Shown here: piece by piece, positions 60,340 to 64,000 of the stretch
How positions within the stretch are numbered: position 1 is the stretch's first letter
Layout of the letters: every line of letters begins with the position of its first letter
Origin: Synechococcales cyanobacterium VAR_4_metabat_354
GTDB taxonomy: Bacteria > Cyanobacteriota > Cyanobacteriia > Cyanobacteriales > Chamaesiphonaceae
Direction: 5' to 3'
NCBI GenBank assembly: GCA_031414775.1
Contig: JANOQI010000011.1
Location: 1-64,000, forward strand
Length of the DNA: 64,000 nucleotides
Notes under the pieces: model-generated
What the model was told of the DNA's origin: nothing
Seen by the model: the letters and a program-made list of their open reading frames with translations, nothing else
Database searches by the model: none
Made by a program: the position numbers and the translations under genes

Positions 60340-60436
60340 GGGAGCAAAACTTCTGATTTTAAGTATTGGATCATAGAGACATCGGGTCTACAATGGACTC
60401 ACTATTTAGTTAAAAAGCATCCACCACAGTATTGCA

Positions 60437-61117
60437 ATGAACATAGCCAAGAAACTCTGCCAGAAAACTTCTAGCCGCGATCCAGAATTAACTAAGGCTA
60501 AGATCCTAGATGCAGCGGAGGCCGAGTTTGCAATCGGAGGTTTAACAGCAGCCCGGACTGAAGCGATTGCCGCCCAAACAGGGGTAACAAAGGCAATGAT
60601 TTATTACTATTTTGACAGTAAAGAAGACCTATACCGAGCTGTAATTGAGCGCTGTTTTAATGAAGATTTGATGCTAGTAGAATCCTTGCGTTTAGAAGAC
60701 TTAGCACCCCAGGAAGCCTTGGTTACTGGTCTGCGGATGATGTTACAAATGATGTCCGCCAAACCTCACATGGCGAATATATTTGCTTTAGAATCAATCC
60801 AGAATAAAGGCAAATATTACCCGAAGCAGACCGCTGAAATTCTGTATGGCAAGCTGATGTGCTTATTGGAGCAAGGAATGGCCACCGGAGTATTTCGACC
60901 GTTAGAACCTCGCCACACGGCGATCAATATTGTGGGCACCTGTGCTTTTTACTTTATTAGTCTCGAAAACATCAAATATCTGTGGCCAGGTAAGAAGATG
61001 CTGGGCAAAGAGATGATGCAACAGCACGCTCAAGAAGCGATGGATATGATTTTGGCTGGCATTTTAGCTGAACCTTATGTAAGTAGATCGATCGATGCCA
61101 ATATTCCCGTTTTCTAG
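60437..61117 (+). CDS. TetR/AcrR family transcriptional regulator
   Basis: HTH ILDAAEAEF...IAAQTGVTKAMIYYYFDSKEDLY; divergent from devBCA. Confidence 0.93.
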   Translation: MNIAKKLCQKTSSRDPELTKAKILDAAEAEFAIGGLTAARTEAIAAQTGVTKAMIYYYFDSKEDLYRAVIERCFNEDLMLVESLRLEDLAPQEALVTGLRMMLQMMSAKPHMANIFALESIQNKGKYYPKQTAEILYGKLMCLLEQGMATGVFRPLEPRHTAINIVGTCAFYFISLENIKYLWPGKKMLGKEMMQQHAQEAMDMILAGILAEPYVSRSIDANIPVF

Positions 61118-61130
61118 ACTGAATTAATTT

Positions 61131-61868
61131 CTAAACCGGATTATCAAAGAGTACGGTGGTCATATAACGCTCTGCCCACTCGGTGCCAAAAGCTTTTTCC
61201 AGCACCCGCCGAGTTTTGTCGTTTTGTTGCTGCTTATTGCAGTAGTAGTTCTGAGCCGCAATAATTTCATCCTGCTCTTGTTGAGTAACCGGTTGCGAAG
61301 AGTTGGCAATCTGACAATGCACTGTCAAAAAACCAGTCACTCTTTCTAAAAACCATTCCTCTTCCTGGGTATCCTCTGGCCGGATGAAAAAGCAAAATTC
61401 CGAAAAGATATCTGCCCAATCGGGCAGCTCGCGGGGCTGGCTAAAATTGCGCTGTGGTAATTGGGCTAAGGCTTGACAATAGGCTTCTGGTAAAACGCGC
61501 TGCTGGTTAAGAGGTGAAAGATCGGCAATGGCGGCACTGATTTGGCCGCGCCCGCCCACAATATCAGCCCCAAACATTGGTAGTGCATAGTCCGATCGAG
61601 GAAACATCACACAGTGCAGAATATCCAGATTCTTGCCGACTTGTGCTAGTTCTAGATGCAGCTTCCGGAACTGCGGTGTTTGGTAACACTTGTTTTCAAT
61701 AATTAGCTTTTCGCCCTCTAGCTTGCCCTCGACATATCCGAGGTCATCTGGTAAATAGTAGGGAGACAAGTCTAGGTGCTGATGCCAAATAGATTCGATC
61801 GAATCGGCCAGTTGGCGAATCAAGAGCTGTTGGCGAGCACGGATCGAAGAAGAGTTAGTAGCAGGCAT
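61131..61868 (-). CDS. pcyA: Phycocyanobilin:ferredoxin oxidoreductase
   Basis: Motifs [27 protein letters not shown] and [11 protein letters not shown]. Confidence 0.95.
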   Translation of the reverse strand: MPATNSSSIRARQQLLIRQLADSIESIWHQHLDLSPYYLPDDLGYVEGKLEGEKLIIENKCYQTPQFRKLHLELAQVGKNLDILHCVMFPRSDYALPMFGADIVGGRGQISAAIADLSPLNQQRVLPEAYCQALAQLPQRNFSQPRELPDWADIFSEFCFFIRPEDTQEEEWFLERVTGFLTVHCQIANSSQPVTQQEQDEIIAAQNYYCNKQQQNDKTRRVLEKAFGTEWAERYMTTVLFDNPV

Positions 61869-61950
61869 TAGGAGACTAGCAGGGGCAATAGGTATAATTA
61901 TCTTAAGAACTGAGTACTCATTTCCAGCTAAATCAATAACATAAATACAC

Positions 61951-61986
61951 AAAAAATATGCAGAGCTAGGTTAGAACTCCGCATAT
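61951..61986 (-). terminator. Intrinsic terminator after petF
   Basis: Minus strand ATATGCGGAG...CTCTGCATAT followed by a T-run. Confidence 0.7.
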
Positions 61987-62014
61987 GCTAGTAATTCACT
62001 CTAGAAACTGCGAC

Positions 62015-62314
62015 TTAGTACAAAGACTCTTCTTGGTGAGTTTCGATCGTACAGTCGGACTTAGGATAAGCCACACAAGTCAGTACGAAACCAGCTTCAA
62101 TCTGGTCGTCATCCAAGAAAGACTGATCAGATTGGTCAATTTCACCACTGGTGATTTTGCCAGCGCAGGTGGAACAAGCACCAGCACGGCAAGAGTAAGG
62201 CAGATCCAAACCCTGCTCTTCAGCAGCGTCTAGAATATAAGTATCATCAGCTACTTCGATGGTTTGATTTAAACCTTCAGCAGCACTGACTAATGTAACT
62301 TTGTAAGTCGCCAT
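62015..62314 (-). CDS. petF: Plant-type [2Fe-2S] ferredoxin
   Basis: MATYKVTL start, [13 protein letters not shown] and LTCVAYP; RBS GAGAGGA. Confidence 0.97.
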   Translation of the reverse strand: MATYKVTLVSAAEGLNQTIEVADDTYILDAAEEQGLDLPYSCRAGACSTCAGKITSGEIDQSDQSFLDDDQIEAGFVLTCVAYPKSDCTIETHQEESLY

Positions 62315-62529
62315 GGATAATTCCTCTCTAAAACAATCGCGAAAAATTTGCGGGTTCACCACCCCATCTGCATACTAAGGGAAAAATCCCCATTTGCAAC
62401 CGTTATCTAGTCTGGTGTTGAACGGTATTCATAATCGGATTAGCGAAATTCATCCTAATTACTTATGGGTGAATCGGAATCTTAAGGAGTAAAATCTTGG
62501 AACTGGACATTCGCCATCAACCTTGGTAA

Positions 62530-63714
62530 ATGAAAATATTAGTTTTGACTTGGGAATTTCCACCCCGTCTCATTGGCGGGATCTCGCGCCACTGTGCCGA
62601 GCTGTATCCGGAAATAACCAAACTAGGGTACGAAATACATCTGGTGACGATCGAAGTCGGCCTCGCTCCAGCCTATGAAATAATCGATGGCATTCATATC
62701 TATCGGGTTGAAGTCGAGCCTAGCCCTCGCGATCATCTATTGACCTGGATCAGTAATATGAATACCAGTTTGCAAGAACAAGCGCAGCTACTGGTGGCAT
62801 CTCAGCAATTCGATCTAATTCATGTCCACGATTGGTTGGTAGCCAAAGCAGCGATCGCGATCAAGAACATCACGGGCTTGCCTTTAATTGCCACGATTCA
62901 CGCCACCGAATATGGTCGGCATCAAGGCATCCACAACTATGACAGCGAGCAAATTCACCAGCAAGAGCGAGACCTAGTTCAAGAGGCGGTACAAACGATT
63001 GTTTGTAGTAAATACATGCATTGGGAGGTAGATGAAGTTTTGGGTTGCCCCCCTGACAATATCCACACCATCTATAACGGCATTAAACCAGAGAAAAAAC
63101 AGCGGCCTCAAGATTTTGACTTTTGGTCACTGCGCCGCAGCTTCGCGACCGATCATGAAAAAATCATCTACTATGTGGGACGAATGACTCCCGAAAAAGG
63201 GATTTTTGTTTTACTAAACGCCGCCTCTAATGTTTTGTGGGAAATGGAAGGACGGGTCAAGATTGTGTTTGTGGGTGGTGGTAATACCGATCAGCTGAAG
63301 AGTCGAGCCTGGGATTTAGGAATTTGGGATAAGTGCTTCTTTACTGGCTTTATGTCGGACAGTGATTTAGATAAATTTCAAACAGTGGCCGACTGTGCCG
63401 TCTTCCCGAGCCTGTATGAACCATTTGGGATTGTGGCTTTAGAGAGTTTTGCTTCTCATGTTCCGGTCGTAGTGTCAGATGCGGGTGGTTTGCCTGAGGT
63501 AGTCAGGCATGGACAAACCGGCATTGTCACCTGGAAAAACAACCCCGAGTCTCTAGCTTGGGGCATTTTGGAAGTGCTCCGCAACCCCAGCTATGCGAAA
63601 TGGCTCACCGACAACGCCTATGATGAATTGCGCTTGCGGTTCAACTGGGCAGATATTGCTCAACAGACGACCAAAGTCTATCGACTAGCCTTGGCCAAAG
63701 CCGATCTTAAATAA
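62530..63714 (+). CDS. Glycosyltransferase family 4
   Basis: Motifs WEFPPR, HVHDW, TIHATE and PSLYEPFGIVALE. Confidence 0.92.
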   Translation: MKILVLTWEFPPRLIGGISRHCAELYPEITKLGYEIHLVTIEVGLAPAYEIIDGIHIYRVEVEPSPRDHLLTWISNMNTSLQEQAQLLVASQQFDLIHVHDWLVAKAAIAIKNITGLPLIATIHATEYGRHQGIHNYDSEQIHQQERDLVQEAVQTIVCSKYMHWEVDEVLGCPPDNIHTIYNGIKPEKKQRPQDFDFWSLRRSFATDHEKIIYYVGRMTPEKGIFVLLNAASNVLWEMEGRVKIVFVGGGNTDQLKSRAWDLGIWDKCFFTGFMSDSDLDKFQTVADCAVFPSLYEPFGIVALESFASHVPVVVSDAGGLPEVVRHGQTGIVTWKNNPESLAWGILEVLRNPSYAKWLTDNAYDELRLRFNWADIAQQTTKVYRLALAKADLK

Positions 63715-64000
63715 TCTGGGCAATTTTGCGCAAGAGCTGCTCGGGCTGCACCCGGTTCCAAAACAATCGATCGACAGCCATGGCTTGTTCTTTGCTATTT
63801 TGCTGCTCGGGAGTAGAAATCAACAAGTAGCGGATATGCTGCGTTTCCGTCAAATTATGTAAATAGTTTAAGATATGGCTGGTCTGGTCTTGACCAATTT
63901 CTTGATCGATAATCACCAAATCTGGTTGCCATAGTTCAATTTGTTTGTGTGCCAGATAGGTTTCAGTGAGAGAAACCACTTGATAACCGGCGGCGGTCAA
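63707..64000 (-). CDS. C-terminal receiver-like domain of a gene starting beyond the window
   Basis: Receiver pattern AGYQV...WQPDLVIID...PEQLLRKI; frame is open to the window edge. Confidence 0.65.
   Translation of the reverse strand: MTAAGYQVVSLTETYLAHKQIELWQPDLVIIDQEIGQDQTSHILNYLHNLTETQHIRYLLISTPEQQNSKEQAMAVDRLFWNRVQPEQLLRKIAQII

Noticed and set aside
61131..62314. petF-pcyA as a dedicated operon
   Set aside because: Functionally coherent, since ferredoxin is the PcyA electron donor, but a terminator separates the genes and both are well known.

Overview
Cyanobacterial chromosomal segment. Evidence for this: psbP, btpA, pcyA, petF, an NtcA box upstream of amt, and dense CGATCG/HIP1-type palindromes. 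The first 5.8 kb is a small defence island: the 3' part of a type I R-M locus (hsdS, hsdR) interrupted by REP-like palindromes and two convergent type II toxin-antitoxin modules. The rest is mostly housekeeping (sbcD, pgm/pmm, maf, coaE, pyk, aroH, sppA, rimO-crhR, dnaX, rnhA, amt, dacB, tRNA-Pro, msrB, hemB, hom, clpC, guaA, devBCA-tetR, pcyA, petF) with a few accessory genes. Best novel candidate: a stand-alone 69-aa basic ORF (34161-34370) with a KGKGGS motif and an intrinsic terminator inside its coding sequence, upstream of the stop codon. This is the non-stop-mRNA arrangement known for ArfA/BrfA-type back-up ribosome-rescue factors. Other leads: a highly structured non-coding region upstream of rimO-crhR, a 27-bp perfect inverted repeat enclosing a promoter-like element before an AAA/DUF4143 gene, a structured dnaX leader, a cyanobacteriochrome-like protein with no output domain, and a decayed STAND/TAXI region next to tRNA-Pro. 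All product calls come from motif recognition by eye; no database searches or folding programs were run.
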